A DNA stretch of 64,000 bases from Rhodocyclaceae bacterium (lineage in GTDB: Bacteria > Pseudomonadota > Gammaproteobacteria > Burkholderiales > Rhodocyclaceae), in the NCBI GenBank assembly GCA_030681195.1, contig JAUXXJ010000047.1, forward strand, positions 19,643 to 83,642, written 5' to 3'. Shown one piece after another: positions 1 to 9,628 of the stretch (its first letter is position 1; each line of letters starts with the position of its first letter). Both the position numbers and the translations under genes were made by a program. The notes under the pieces were generated by a model that saw only the letters and a program-made list of their open reading frames with translations, was not told the DNA's origin and did not search any database.

Positions 1-1
1 G

Positions 2-1048
2 CTGGTTTCGGATCTGCAAAACGCCGTGATGAAGACGCGCATGCAGCCGGTTGGCCGGTTGTTCCAGAAGTATCCGCGCATCGCCCGCGATCTGGCACGC
101 AATCTTGGCAAGGATGTCGAACTGGCGCTGGTCGGCGAAGAAACCGAAATCGACAAGACCATGATCGAGGATCTTTCCGATCCGATCATCCATTTGATCC
201 GCAACGCGGTTGACCATGGCGTCGAAAGCCCGGAAGAGCGACGCGCCTGCGGCAAGCCTGAAAAATCCCAAGTACGTCTCGAAGCACGCCAGGAAGGTGA
301 TCACATTGTCCTGATCGTCGCCGACGACGGCAAGGGCATGAATCCGGAAAAATTGCGCGCCAAGGCAGTTGAAAAGGGTGTCATTACCGACGAAGAAGCC
401 AACACCATGGATGAGCGCCAGAGCCTGCAACTGGTGATGTTGCCTGGATTCTCGACCAAGGATGTCGCATCCGACGTTTCTGGGCGTGGCGTTGGCATGG
501 ACGTCGTCAAGACCAATATCCAAAAACTCAACGGCAACATCGAGATCAAGTCGGTGGTTGGCAAGGGCACCACCTTCGTCATTTCGTTGCCGCTGACGCT
601 GGCGATTCTGCCGGTGTTGCTGGTGCAGCTCGGCGACCAGCCCTTTGCCGTGCCGCTTTCGATGGTGCGCGAAATCCTCCCCATCGATATCGCTCAGGTA
701 CAGGAAGTCGGTGGCAACGCCACCATGGTGGTGCGCGGCGAAGTCATGCCGATCTACCCGATTGCGAACTTGCTGGGTTGGACGCCCGAAAGAATTCCTG
801 AGTATGGCGTGCTGATGCAAACGGCAGAGCACACCTTCATTCTCGCCATCGACGGCTTCATGGGTCGCGAGGATGCCGTCATCAAGTCGCTTGAGGATTT
901 CCGCCCCAAGGGTGTGGCGGGGGTGACGACACTCTCCAATGGTCAGATCGTGCTGATCCTCGACATGAAGGAACTGCTCGCCGATATGGGCGATCACCGT
1001 GGGGTGCCGCGCTCTTCCCTGATTCCGCTGGATCAGGCCGCTGCCTGA
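2..1048 (+). CDS. cheA: Chemotaxis histidine kinase CheA, C-terminal part (5' end lies outside the window)
   Basis: Reading frame is open to the window edge. HATPase-type motifs (DPIIHLIRNAVDHG, DDGKGM, GRGVGMDVV, GKGTTF) are followed by a CheW-like P5 domain. Confidence 0.9.
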   Translation: MVSDLQNAVMKTRMQPVGRLFQKYPRIARDLARNLGKDVELALVGEETEIDKTMIEDLSDPIIHLIRNAVDHGVESPEERRACGKPEKSQVRLEARQEGDHIVLIVADDGKGMNPEKLRAKAVEKGVITDEEANTMDERQSLQLVMLPGFSTKDVASDVSGRGVGMDVVKTNIQKLNGNIEIKSVVGKGTTFVISLPLTLAILPVLLVQLGDQPFAVPLSMVREILPIDIAQVQEVGGNATMVVRGEVMPIYPIANLLGWTPERIPEYGVLMQTAEHTFILAIDGFMGREDAVIKSLEDFRPKGVAGVTTLSNGQIVLILDMKELLADMGDHRGVPRSSLIPLDQAAA

Positions 1049-1067
1049 GTGTAGCGGCATGCATGGC

Positions 1068-1091
1068 GCCGTCCCACCGGCGCCGATTTTT
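1068..1091 (+). repeat. Dispersed 26-nt motif, degenerate copy 1
   Basis: gccgtcccaccggcgccgattttt, intergenic, 20 nt after the cheA stop. Confidence 0.6.
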
Positions 1092-1109
1092 CATGTTCCA
1101 TGAAAAGCC

Positions 1110-1622
1110 ATGCGCACGAATGCCGGCTTCACGATCGTTGAACTGATCGTCACCATGGTCATCATCGGCATCATGGCGGTGACTGTTGTGCCGCGCTTCA
1201 ACTTGATGAGTGGTTTCAGCGCGAGAGGCTATGCCGATCAGATCGAGTCTTACCTGCGTTTCACACAAAAGTCGGCGCTTGCCTCACGGCGCGTAACGCG
1301 ACTTGAGCTAAGCAACTGCACGCCCGCCAATGGGGCGTGCAACAGCGCACCGGCGTTGTGCGTGGCGGAAAATTACAGTGCCGCTCCTGCCTGCGGCACC
1401 GCATGTCCGGTGTCGGGCTGTAGCGCGGGATGGTGTGCCCTGCGCCTGCCCGGGCAGTTTGCCTCGCCGCAAAGCCGGGTCACCGTCAGTGATGCCACAA
1501 CCGTTTGCTTTGATGCAATGGGGCGGCCCATCAATGGCGGCCTGATGATCAGCGTCGGTGACGAGTCGGGCACGCTGGCCCGCACCGTTACCGTCGAGAA
1601 CGAAACCGGTTATGTGCATTAA
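1110..1622 (+). CDS. Prepilin-type N-terminal methylation domain protein, GspH/FimT-like minor pilin
   Basis: N-terminus MRTNAGFTIVELIVTMVIIGI carries the G|FTxxE prepilin cleavage/methylation motif plus a hydrophobic helix. Confidence 0.8.
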   Translation: MRTNAGFTIVELIVTMVIIGIMAVTVVPRFNLMSGFSARGYADQIESYLRFTQKSALASRRVTRLELSNCTPANGACNSAPALCVAENYSAAPACGTACPVSGCSAGWCALRLPGQFASPQSRVTVSDATTVCFDAMGRPINGGLMISVGDESGTLARTVTVENETGYVH

Positions 1623-2043
1623 GGGCCATCAGCAGGGCATGACCCTGATCGAGGTGATTGTCTTCATCGTGATTGTCGGTGTCGGATTGGCGGGTGTCCT
1701 GGCCTCGCTTAACCTGTCCGTGCGGCACAGTGCCGATCCTCTGCAACCGAAGCAGGCGCTGGTGATTGCTGAATCGGTGTTGTCGCAGGTGCTGGCGAAA
1801 AGCTACGCTAACCCCGCTGGCGGTTATGTAGCTGCCTGTCCGGCGACTTGTGATGTCAGCCAGTTCGATGATGTGGGCGATTTCCACAATTACACGACAA
1901 GCCCGCTGGCCGGCTATAGCGCTACGGTGACGATCAATCCTGGCGTGGCGCTCGCGGGGGTGAACACCATTCAGGTGGTGGTGAATGTTTCCACCCCCGC
2001 GAGCAGTCCGATCACGCTCGCCGGCTACCGGACCAGCTACTGA
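1612..2043 (+). CDS. Minor pilin (MshD/PilV-like)
   Basis: QQGMTLIEVIVFIVIVGV prepilin motif. ATG at 1612 overlaps the upstream stop, so the ORF-track start at 1558 is probably too long. Confidence 0.7.
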   Translation: MCIKGHQQGMTLIEVIVFIVIVGVGLAGVLASLNLSVRHSADPLQPKQALVIAESVLSQVLAKSYANPAGGYVAACPATCDVSQFDDVGDFHNYTTSPLAGYSATVTINPGVALAGVNTIQVVVNVSTPASSPITLAGYRTSY

Positions 2044-2855
2044 TGCGGCGCGCGGACGGCTTTACCCTGATTGAAATGATCATCGCGATGGTCGTGACCA
2101 GTATCGTCGGCAGCATGGTCGCCGTCTTCATAGCACGGCCGGTACAGGGTTATATGGATTCTGTGCGGCGTGCCGGCCTGTCCGATGTGGCTGATGGTGT
2201 GATCAAGCGTCTCTCGATGGAGTTGCGCACCGCCGTGCCCAACAGCGTGCGCATTGATGCCAGCGGGAAATTTATTGAGTTTATTCCCGCAGCAGAAAGC
2301 GCGCGCTATTGCACGGATACCGAGACTGGCTGCAGCAAGCTAAGCTTCATTGCCGGCGACCAGACTTTCGACGTGCTGGGGCCACCGCATACCGGTGCCA
2401 GCGGTGATTTCATCGTCGTCTTCAACACCGGTCAGGATGGCCTGAATGCCTATGCAGGCGACAACATCCGGCTGATCGCCAACCCGGGTACGACAACGAC
2501 CGCCATACATTTCAGCGGCAATCGCCTGCCTTTTCCCTCGCCCTCGAACCGTTTTCAGATCGTGCGGGCGAACGGGCCGGTCAGCTTTGCTTGCGAAAAT
2601 GTGGGCGGCACGGCGACGGGTACGGGTACGCTGCGACGCTACAGCGGCTATCGAACAAGTTTGCCCTTCGGTAACATCCAGCCCACTACCGGCCTGGGAA
2701 CGGGTGGTTTGATCGCTGATCGCATCGCCAGTTGCGGTTTTATCTACAACCCGATATCCCCTTCCGAAGGCATTGTGTCGGTCAATCTGACGATTCGTCA
2801 GGCGAATGAACCCGTCAGCATTGTGAGCCAGATCCATGTCGACAATCTGCCCTGA
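2043..2855 (+). CDS. Minor pilin-like protein (MshO-like)
   Basis: N-terminus MRRADGFTLIEMIIAMVVTSIV has the prepilin motif. Start overlaps the upstream stop (TGATG). Confidence 0.75.
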   Translation: MRRADGFTLIEMIIAMVVTSIVGSMVAVFIARPVQGYMDSVRRAGLSDVADGVIKRLSMELRTAVPNSVRIDASGKFIEFIPAAESARYCTDTETGCSKLSFIAGDQTFDVLGPPHTGASGDFIVVFNTGQDGLNAYAGDNIRLIANPGTTTTAIHFSGNRLPFPSPSNRFQIVRANGPVSFACENVGGTATGTGTLRRYSGYRTSLPFGNIQPTTGLGTGGLIADRIASCGFIYNPISPSEGIVSVNLTIRQANEPVSIVSQIHVDNLP

Positions 2856-3288
2856 TACCCGCCCGCAGCGCCCGCGCGGCTTTGCCATCGCTTCGGCAAT
2901 CTTTATCCTGGTGGTACTAGCGGCGTTGGCGGCCTTCATCGTCTCGGTTACCGCGACACAGAGCCTCACCTTTGCACAGGATATCCAAGGCGCCCGTGCC
3001 TACCAGGCAGCCCGCGCCGGGGCAGAATGGGGCATTGCCCGTTGGCTCGGTAATACGCCCAGCCTTCCCGCCAACTGCCCGGATACGATACCAACCGGCG
3101 CAACGGGAACACTGAACTTTGCCGAGCCGGGGCCATCCGGCTTCACCACCACGGTTCGTACGGCGCTGACGACGACGGCGGGCGTCCGTTTTTGTACGAT
3201 CGAGGCAACCGCGGTGGCGACCGGCGCGACAGTGGGCTCGCATAATTATGTCGAGCGCCAAGTGCGCGCCGTGGTTGAAGGCAACTGA
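2836..3288 (+). CDS. PilX/MshP-like pilus assembly protein
   Basis: N-terminal hydrophobic anchor RGFAIASAIFILVVLAALAAF, small size, and position between the MshO-like and MshQ-like genes. Confidence 0.55.
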   Translation: MSTICPDTRPQRPRGFAIASAIFILVVLAALAAFIVSVTATQSLTFAQDIQGARAYQAARAGAEWGIARWLGNTPSLPANCPDTIPTGATGTLNFAEPGPSGFTTTVRTALTTTAGVRFCTIEATAVATGATVGSHNYVERQVRAVVEGN

Positions 3289-3293
3289 TGCCA

Positions 3294-3318
3294 TGCCGTG
3301 TCCTCAGCGCCGACTTTT
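3294..3318 (+). repeat. Dispersed 26-nt motif, copy 2
   Basis: tgccgtgtcctcagcgccgactttt, intergenic, just after the MshP-like stop. Confidence 0.85.
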
Positions 3319-3328
3319 GGAATAAGCT

Positions 3329-6241
3329 TTGGCCATGAGACGACTTCTGCATCTGCTGCTGTCCCTGCTGCTCGCTGCACTGGCGGGTCAGGCTGTTGCG
3401 CTTTGTTCGCAATATGCGGGGAATACCTCGGGCCCGGTCAACGGCAAGGTGGTCATCAACGAATATAATTATGCTGCCGACTATATTGAGCTAAAGATCC
3501 TTGACCCCGCTTTCGCCGGCACAGCGGCCATGAACAACATGGTGCTGAGTTTTTACAGGAACGCCACGCCATCCAATTACATCGTCGGCAACTACTACAA
3601 CAATAACAGCGGCGCCTGCGGCAGCAGTTCTGCCTATATCAAGATTCCTATTAGTGGCAGTGTCGGCAATGATTCGGTCGTGGTGTTATGGGAAGACAGC
3701 TCCCTTACCCATGAGGTCGATTTCTTTCGGGTCGGCCAGAACAGCTATCCCAGTTTTCGAAGCTCAAGCTGCTTTGCGGCATCCGAATTTGCCGGTACCT
3801 CCTATACCCATCATCAGTCGGCGTTGACCGGTAGTGCGGCACGCAAGGATATCGCGCGCTCACCAGACGGCACGGGGGTATTTCTTGAAACACCCTACTC
3901 CGGGTCTGATCAGGGCACACCCTGTACGAGCAACGACGGCGTCCTGGCGATCACCAAGAACGTGACCAGCGGTGCCTCGATCGTCTGGCTGGGCGAAAAC
4001 ATCATGTTCCGCATCAGTGTCCGCCCCGATGCGCGTGCGGCCAACCAGACGAATGTGGCCGTCACCGACCAACCGGCAAGCACCGACTTCGGCTATGTCG
4101 GCCATACCGCCTCCACGCAGAGTGCTACCTATGTTCCTGGATCGGGCGACTACGTTTGGAACATTGGCAACTTGAGCGCCGGCAGCACAGCCACTCTCGA
4201 CCTCACGCTGAAGGCGAAGAAAATCGGCACCCTCTCGAATACCGCCACGGTACAGTCGGATGACTTCCCCATTGGTACGGTCGGCCCGGCGGTGGCCACC
4301 ATCAGCGTACTGGGCCCGACCATCAGCGTCACCGCCAATCCGACACTGGTTATCATCAACAGCAATACCACCTTCACGATTACGGTCACCAACCCCTCGG
4401 CCACGCTTACGGCACCGGCTTTCAGTGTTGGTAACGTGCTGACCAGCGGATTGAGCTATGTGTCTCATACGGCGGGAGCGGGCAGCTTCGACAGCGGCAC
4501 TGGGACCTGGTCGCTCACCGGTCTGGCACCCGGCGCGAGCGCCACGCTGACGGTGGTCGCCAAAGTCACGCAAATCGGTACATTCACCGACACAGCCACC
4601 ATCACCATGAATGGTTTTATCGGTGACTCGGCCTCTGCGACAGTGAGCGGCGCCGCACCAGTGGCATTTGATGCTTTTGTTGGCACACCGGGACGCTTGC
4701 CCACGCAGGTGGTGGGTGTGCCATTTGCCGTTGAGGTTGAGTCCTACGATGATAACGGCGCAGCTTCCCCCTATACCGGGAATCTGGCGCTGGCCCTGGA
4801 ATACTGCAGCAATGTTTCGCGACCAGCGGCGGGCAGCATTGCCTGCGGCGGCAGCTGGACGGCGGTTCCCGGTGCGACCGCGACAGCAAGCTTCAGTAAC
4901 GTGTCGCGCGTCAGCACGACGATTCCTGCCATTGGCAATGCCTACGAAATTGTGCGCATCAAACAGACGCCGCCCACCGGCAGCGCCGTGTATGCCATTG
5001 ATTATTTCGCAGTCCGCCCCGCCAGCCTGACGCTGGTGGCGAGCGACGCCAGCGATACGACCGCTGGTACATCCCGTCTATTGACCGCCGGCGGCAGCAA
5101 CTTGCACAAGGCGGGTTGGCCATTCACCCTGACCGCCAGTTCGACGGCCAGCAATTATCCGGGCAGTGTGCTGTTGGTGGCCGCCCCGGTGCTGGGCATT
5201 AATCTTGAGGGCAATATCGCGGCCGTCGGCTGGACAGCCACCAGTGGCGGCATGGTTAGCAGCAATGTGATTTACGACGATGTCGGCAACCTGACCCTGA
5301 CCCTGACCGACCAGCACTATGCCGACATCGATGTTGCCGATTCTTCGACGGCACTGCGTTATGTCACGGGTAGCGCCAACATCGGCCGCTTCGTCCCCGA
5401 CCACCTGACGACGGCGGTTACGCTGCCATGTGCCGGTTTTCACTATGCCGGCCAGCCCTTTACCGTGGTGGTGTCGGCCTATGCCAAGAACCAGACGGGC
5501 ACCAACACCCTGAAGAACTACGATGCTACGGCAGGATTTTCCAAAACCGTCATCCTGAGCAATGCCGGCGATACCAGTAATTTCAGCAACAATACGCTTG
5601 CGGCGGGCAGTTTCACCAGTAATGGTGTTGGGACAGCCACGGCAATCACTTACAGCTTTCCAGTCAAGGAAACCGCCGTAGCGACAGTGACGCTACGAGC
5701 CGTCGATGACGATGCTATCAGCTCGGCCGGGCAGACCGAAGGCACTGTCAGTATCCGCAGTGGCCGTGTGCGGCTAGCCAATGCCTTTGGCAGTGAGTTG
5801 CTGGCGCTGTCGATCCCGGTCTCTCTGGAATACTGGGATGGCATCGAATCGCGCTGGCGGCCGAATACGCTCGATACCTGCACCGCGATTCTCAGCAGCG
5901 ATCTGGCTTTTGCTTTCCCGGCGTCGACAAAGAATCAATTGGTGGCTTGCGAAACGGCCGTTACCAGTGTGAGCGGCACGGCACCCGCCTTCCGCGTCAA
6001 CCTGGCCGCTCCGGGAAGCGGCAACTACGGCTGGACCGATCTCACGCTCAATCTTGCGTTGAGCGCTAGTGGCAATCGCTGTACCAGTGTTGGCGCCAGC
6101 AGTCCTGTTGCCACTACGTCTAACAAGCCATGGCTGCAGTTCAACTGGGCGGGTAGCGGCGCAGCCAATCCGACCGCCCGCGCTGGCTTCGGACTTTACA
6201 ACCAGTCTGTACGAGTCATCGACCGCCGCGAAGTGCGCTGA
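3329..6241 (+). CDS. Large secreted MshQ-like pilus-associated protein/adhesin
   Basis: Signal peptide LLLSLLLAALAGQAVA. Possible lamin-tail-like N-domain (VVINEYNYAADYIELK). Two DUF11-type repeats (approx nt 3944-4619). Long beta-rich Ser/Thr/Ala C-terminal region. Last gene of the minor-pilin cluster, as mshQ is in MSHA operons. Confidence 0.6.
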   Translation: MAMRRLLHLLLSLLLAALAGQAVALCSQYAGNTSGPVNGKVVINEYNYAADYIELKILDPAFAGTAAMNNMVLSFYRNATPSNYIVGNYYNNNSGACGSSSAYIKIPISGSVGNDSVVVLWEDSSLTHEVDFFRVGQNSYPSFRSSSCFAASEFAGTSYTHHQSALTGSAARKDIARSPDGTGVFLETPYSGSDQGTPCTSNDGVLAITKNVTSGASIVWLGENIMFRISVRPDARAANQTNVAVTDQPASTDFGYVGHTASTQSATYVPGSGDYVWNIGNLSAGSTATLDLTLKAKKIGTLSNTATVQSDDFPIGTVGPAVATISVLGPTISVTANPTLVIINSNTTFTITVTNPSATLTAPAFSVGNVLTSGLSYVSHTAGAGSFDSGTGTWSLTGLAPGASATLTVVAKVTQIGTFTDTATITMNGFIGDSASATVSGAAPVAFDAFVGTPGRLPTQVVGVPFAVEVESYDDNGAASPYTGNLALALEYCSNVSRPAAGSIACGGSWTAVPGATATASFSNVSRVSTTIPAIGNAYEIVRIKQTPPTGSAVYAIDYFAVRPASLTLVASDASDTTAGTSRLLTAGGSNLHKAGWPFTLTASSTASNYPGSVLLVAAPVLGINLEGNIAAVGWTATSGGMVSSNVIYDDVGNLTLTLTDQHYADIDVADSSTALRYVTGSANIGRFVPDHLTTAVTLPCAGFHYAGQPFTVVVSAYAKNQTGTNTLKNYDATAGFSKTVILSNAGDTSNFSNNTLAAGSFTSNGVGTATAITYSFPVKETAVATVTLRAVDDDAISSAGQTEGTVSIRSGRVRLANAFGSELLALSIPVSLEYWDGIESRWRPNTLDTCTAILSSDLAFAFPASTKNQLVACETAVTSVSGTAPAFRVNLAAPGSGNYGWTDLTLNLALSASGNRCTSVGASSPVATTSNKPWLQFNWAGSGAANPTARAGFGLYNQSVRVIDRREVR

Positions 6242-6245
6242 GGCG

Positions 6246-6265
6246 AAAAGTCGGCGCCGGGAGGA
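6246..6265 (-). repeat. Dispersed 26-nt motif, copy 3 (5' part diverged)
   Basis: Complement reads tcctcccggcgccgactttt, intergenic, 4 nt after the MshQ-like stop. Confidence 0.75.
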
Positions 6266-6312
6266 TTAACCCCCCCAATTCCCGTTTATTCCCCGGTTCC
6301 TTCCCGACCCTA

Positions 6313-6329
6313 CCGGCAATAATTGCCGG
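6313..6329. promoter_or_regulatory. Palindrome CCGGCAAT-A-ATTGCCGG (GGCAA-N3-TTGCC class) upstream of flhB
   Basis: Perfect 8-bp arms, ending 21 nt before the flhB ATG. Confidence 0.4.
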
Positions 6330-6349
6330 CATGAGTGGAAGAACCGTCA

Positions 6350-7504
6350 ATGGCTGAAGGCAGCGATCTCGAAAAGACCGAACCGCCATCATCGCGACGT
6401 CTGGAACAGGCGCGCGAAGAGGGGCAGGTGGCGCAGTCGCGCGAGCTCATGGCGTTCATGGTCATGGCGGGGGGTGCCCTGGGCTTGTGGATGCTGTCCA
6501 GTTGGTTCGTGGAGCGCGGAGAGCACATGATGCGACTGGGCCTCACGCTTGATCGCCAGGAAGCCTTCGATACCAATGCCATCGGCTTGAATCTCCTGGT
6601 GCTCGGCAGCGAGGCGCTGGCGACACTCGCCCCCTTCTTCATTTTGACGATGGTCGCGGCACTGGTTACACCAGTGTTGCTGACGGGTGGCTGGTTGTTT
6701 TCGCCGAAGGCGCTCGAGTTCAAGGGCGAGCGCCTCGATCCGCTCAAGGGCGTCAAGCGCATGATCTCGTGGCAGAGCATTGCCGAGATGGTCAAGGGCA
6801 TTCTTAAAACCATCCTGATGGGCGGTATTGTCTGGTGGGTGGTGATGCATGAGCAGGACAAGCTGTTTGCCATGCTGTCGCAGCCGATCGAGTCGGCCCT
6901 GCCGGCGTTCGGACAGGTTCTCCTCTACGCCTTCATCGGCTTTGTGGCTGGTTTGATGGTGATTGCCTTGATCGACGTGCCCTTCCAGCTATGGCGTTAC
7001 TACGCCGGGCTGAAGATGACGCGTGAAGAGGTGCGTCAGGAAATGAAGGAACTCGAAGGCGATCCGCATCTGAAGGCGCGCATTCGCAGTCAGCAGCGCG
7101 AGATTTCTCGCAATCGGATGATGTCCGAAGTGCCCAAGGCCGATGTGGTGGTGACCAACCCGACCCATTTTGCCGTCGCCCTCAAATACGATCGGGAAAA
7201 AGGCGGCGCGCCGCAGGTGGTGGCCAAGGGCATGAATCTGGTGGCGCAGAAGATTCGCGATCTGGCCGGCGAGCACAAGGTGCCGATCGTCGAACTGCCA
7301 CCGCTGGCGCGTGCGCTGCACCGCCATGTCGAGATTGGCGAGGAGGTGCCCGCGGCGTTGTACACCGCCGTGGCTGAAGTGATGGCCTATGTGTATCAGC
7401 TCAGCGAATTCATGACACTGGGGCAGAAGAGCGGCATCTTCCCGCCCTCGCCACCCACGGCAGTGGCGGTACCCGAGGGTCTTGATCCAGGGACGGTTGA
7501 CTGA
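6350..7504 (+). CDS. flhB: Flagellar export apparatus protein FlhB
   Basis: MAEGSDLEKTEPPSSRRLEQAREEGQV N-terminus, four TM segments, NPTH autocleavage motif (VVVTNPTHFAVAL). The ORF-track GTG at 6335 is a possible alternative start. Confidence 0.95.
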   Translation: MAEGSDLEKTEPPSSRRLEQAREEGQVAQSRELMAFMVMAGGALGLWMLSSWFVERGEHMMRLGLTLDRQEAFDTNAIGLNLLVLGSEALATLAPFFILTMVAALVTPVLLTGGWLFSPKALEFKGERLDPLKGVKRMISWQSIAEMVKGILKTILMGGIVWWVVMHEQDKLFAMLSQPIESALPAFGQVLLYAFIGFVAGLMVIALIDVPFQLWRYYAGLKMTREEVRQEMKELEGDPHLKARIRSQQREISRNRMMSEVPKADVVVTNPTHFAVALKYDREKGGAPQVVAKGMNLVAQKIRDLAGEHKVPIVELPPLARALHRHVEIGEEVPAALYTAVAEVMAYVYQLSEFMTLGQKSGIFPPSPPTAVAVPEGLDPGTVD

Positions 7505-9600
7505 TGGCGACACAGACGATCAACTGGGCGCTGCTGACTCGCACGGATAACCTGAAGGCGTTGGCGGCGCCGATCCTCATCATCTTCATCCTGTCGATGA
7601 TGGTGTTGCCGCTGCCGCCGTTCATGCTTGACGTGTTCTTCACCTTCAACATTGCCTTGTCGGTGATGGTCATGCTGGTGGCGTTGAATACCCTCAAGCC
7701 GCTTGACTTCTCGATTTTTCCCACCGTGCTGCTGGTCACCACCTTGCTGCGCCTGTCGCTCAACGTCGCGTCGACGCGAATCATCCTGCTCGAAGGCCAT
7801 AACGGCCCGGATGCGGCCGGCAAGGTGATCGAGGCCTTCGGCCACTTCCTTGTCGGCGGTGACTACGCGGTGGGCATCATCGTCTTCATCATCCTGACCA
7901 TCATCAACTTCGTGGTCATTACCAAGGGTGCCGGGCGCATCGCCGAAGTGTCGGCACGCTTTACCCTCGATGCAATGCCTGGCAAACAGATGGCGATCGA
8001 TGCCGACTTGAATGCGGGTCTGATTGGCGAAGATGAAGCGCGTCGTCGCCGCAAGGAAATTTCGCAGGAAGCCGACTTCTTCGGTTCGATGGACGGTGCC
8101 TCAAAATTCGTACGGGGCGATGCGATTGCCGGCATTCTGATTCTGCTGATCAATCTGATCGGCGGCCTGATTGTCGGCATGCTCCAGCACGACATGGGCG
8201 CTGGTGAGTCGGCCAAGGTGTATACCCTGTTGACGATTGGCGATGGTCTGGTGGCACAGATTCCCGCGCTGGTTGTCTCGGTGGCGGCGGGTCTGGTGGT
8301 GTCGCGCGTCAATGACGAAAAGGACCTCACCACCTCTTTTACCGAGCAACTGTTTGGCAATCCGGTCGTGCTGGGTATGACCGGCGGCATTCTGGCCATC
8401 CTCGGCATGATCCCCGGCATGCCCAACTTTGTGTTCCTGCTGCTCGCTGCCGGACTGGGCTGGATGGCGTGGCACAAGACACAGTCAAAAGCAGTGGCGG
8501 AAGCCGCTGCCGCAGAGAAACCGGCCGCACCGATTGCCCCGCCGGAAGAATCCACCGAAGCCAGTTGGGCCGATGTGGCGCCCGTCGATGTGCTCGGGCT
8601 GGAAGTCGGCTATCGCCTGATCCCGCTTGTCGATCGTGGCCAGGATGGTGAGCTGTTGAAGCGCATTCGCGGGCTGCGCAAGAAGTTTGCGCAGGAGGTG
8701 GGTTTCCTCTCGGCGCCGGTGCATATTCGCGACAACCTCGAACTCAAGCCGAATGGCTATCGCATCACGCTCAAGGGTGTCGAGGTCGGTGCGGGCGAAG
8801 CTTTTCCGGGCATGTTTCTCGCCATCAACCCTGGTCGTGTGAGCGGGCCGTTGGGCGGCAACCCGACCAAGGACCCGGCCTTCGGCCTGCCGGCCGTCTG
8901 GATCGAGCCGTCCGTGCGTGATCAGGCCCACATCATGGGCTACACTGTCGTCGATGCCGGCACCGTGGTGGCGACGCACCTCAACCATCTGATCATGTCC
9001 CATGCTGCCGAATTGCTCGGCCGCCAGGAAACGCAGGCGCTGCTCGATCATCTGGCCAAGGATGCGCCCAAGCTCATTGAGGAGTTGGTGCCGAAGATCC
9101 TGCCGCTGTCGACCGTCCAGCGCGTGTTGCAGAACCTGCTCGAAGAAGGCGTCAATATTCGCGACATGCGTTCCATCATCGAAACGCTGGCCGAGAACGC
9201 CATGCGCGTGCAGGATCCGACGGAATTGACGGCGCTGGTGCGCGTGGCGCTGGGCCGCTCGATCGTGCAGCAGATTTTCCCGCAGGGCCAGGAACTACAA
9301 GTGATGGCCCTCGAACCGGGCCTCGAAAGATTGCTGACCCAGGCGCTGCAGGGGGCCGGTGCGGATGGCTCGGGCATCGAGCCGGGACTGGCCGATACCC
9401 TGCTGCGCGAAACAGCCATCGCTGCCAAGCGCCAGGAAGACATGGGCATGCCGTCGGTGCTGTTGGTGCCGAGCGGGCTGCGTTGGTTGCTGTCGCGCTT
9501 CCTGCGGCGTGCCTGGACGAATTTGAAGGTGTTGTCGAACAATGAAATTCCCGATGCCAAGACGATCAAGGTCACTGCGATCATCGGGGCAAAGGCATGA
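7504..9600 (+). CDS. flhA: Flagellar export apparatus protein FlhA
   Basis: 698 aa. Conserved FHIPEP region (GGDYAVGIIVFIILTIINFVVITKGAGRIAEVSARFTLDAMPGKQMAIDADL) and cytoplasmic C-domain. Confidence 0.97.
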   Translation: MATQTINWALLTRTDNLKALAAPILIIFILSMMVLPLPPFMLDVFFTFNIALSVMVMLVALNTLKPLDFSIFPTVLLVTTLLRLSLNVASTRIILLEGHNGPDAAGKVIEAFGHFLVGGDYAVGIIVFIILTIINFVVITKGAGRIAEVSARFTLDAMPGKQMAIDADLNAGLIGEDEARRRRKEISQEADFFGSMDGASKFVRGDAIAGILILLINLIGGLIVGMLQHDMGAGESAKVYTLLTIGDGLVAQIPALVVSVAAGLVVSRVNDEKDLTTSFTEQLFGNPVVLGMTGGILAILGMIPGMPNFVFLLLAAGLGWMAWHKTQSKAVAEAAAAEKPAAPIAPPEESTEASWADVAPVDVLGLEVGYRLIPLVDRGQDGELLKRIRGLRKKFAQEVGFLSAPVHIRDNLELKPNGYRITLKGVEVGAGEAFPGMFLAINPGRVSGPLGGNPTKDPAFGLPAVWIEPSVRDQAHIMGYTVVDAGTVVATHLNHLIMSHAAELLGRQETQALLDHLAKDAPKLIEELVPKILPLSTVQRVLQNLLEEGVNIRDMRSIIETLAENAMRVQDPTELTALVRVALGRSIVQQIFPQGQELQVMALEPGLERLLTQALQGAGADGSGIEPGLADTLLRETAIAAKRQEDMGMPSVLLVPSGLRWLLSRFLRRAWTNLKVLSNNEIPDAKTIKVTAIIGAKA

Positions 9601-9628
9601 ATACGCGAATGAATGAGAAGGAACTGAC

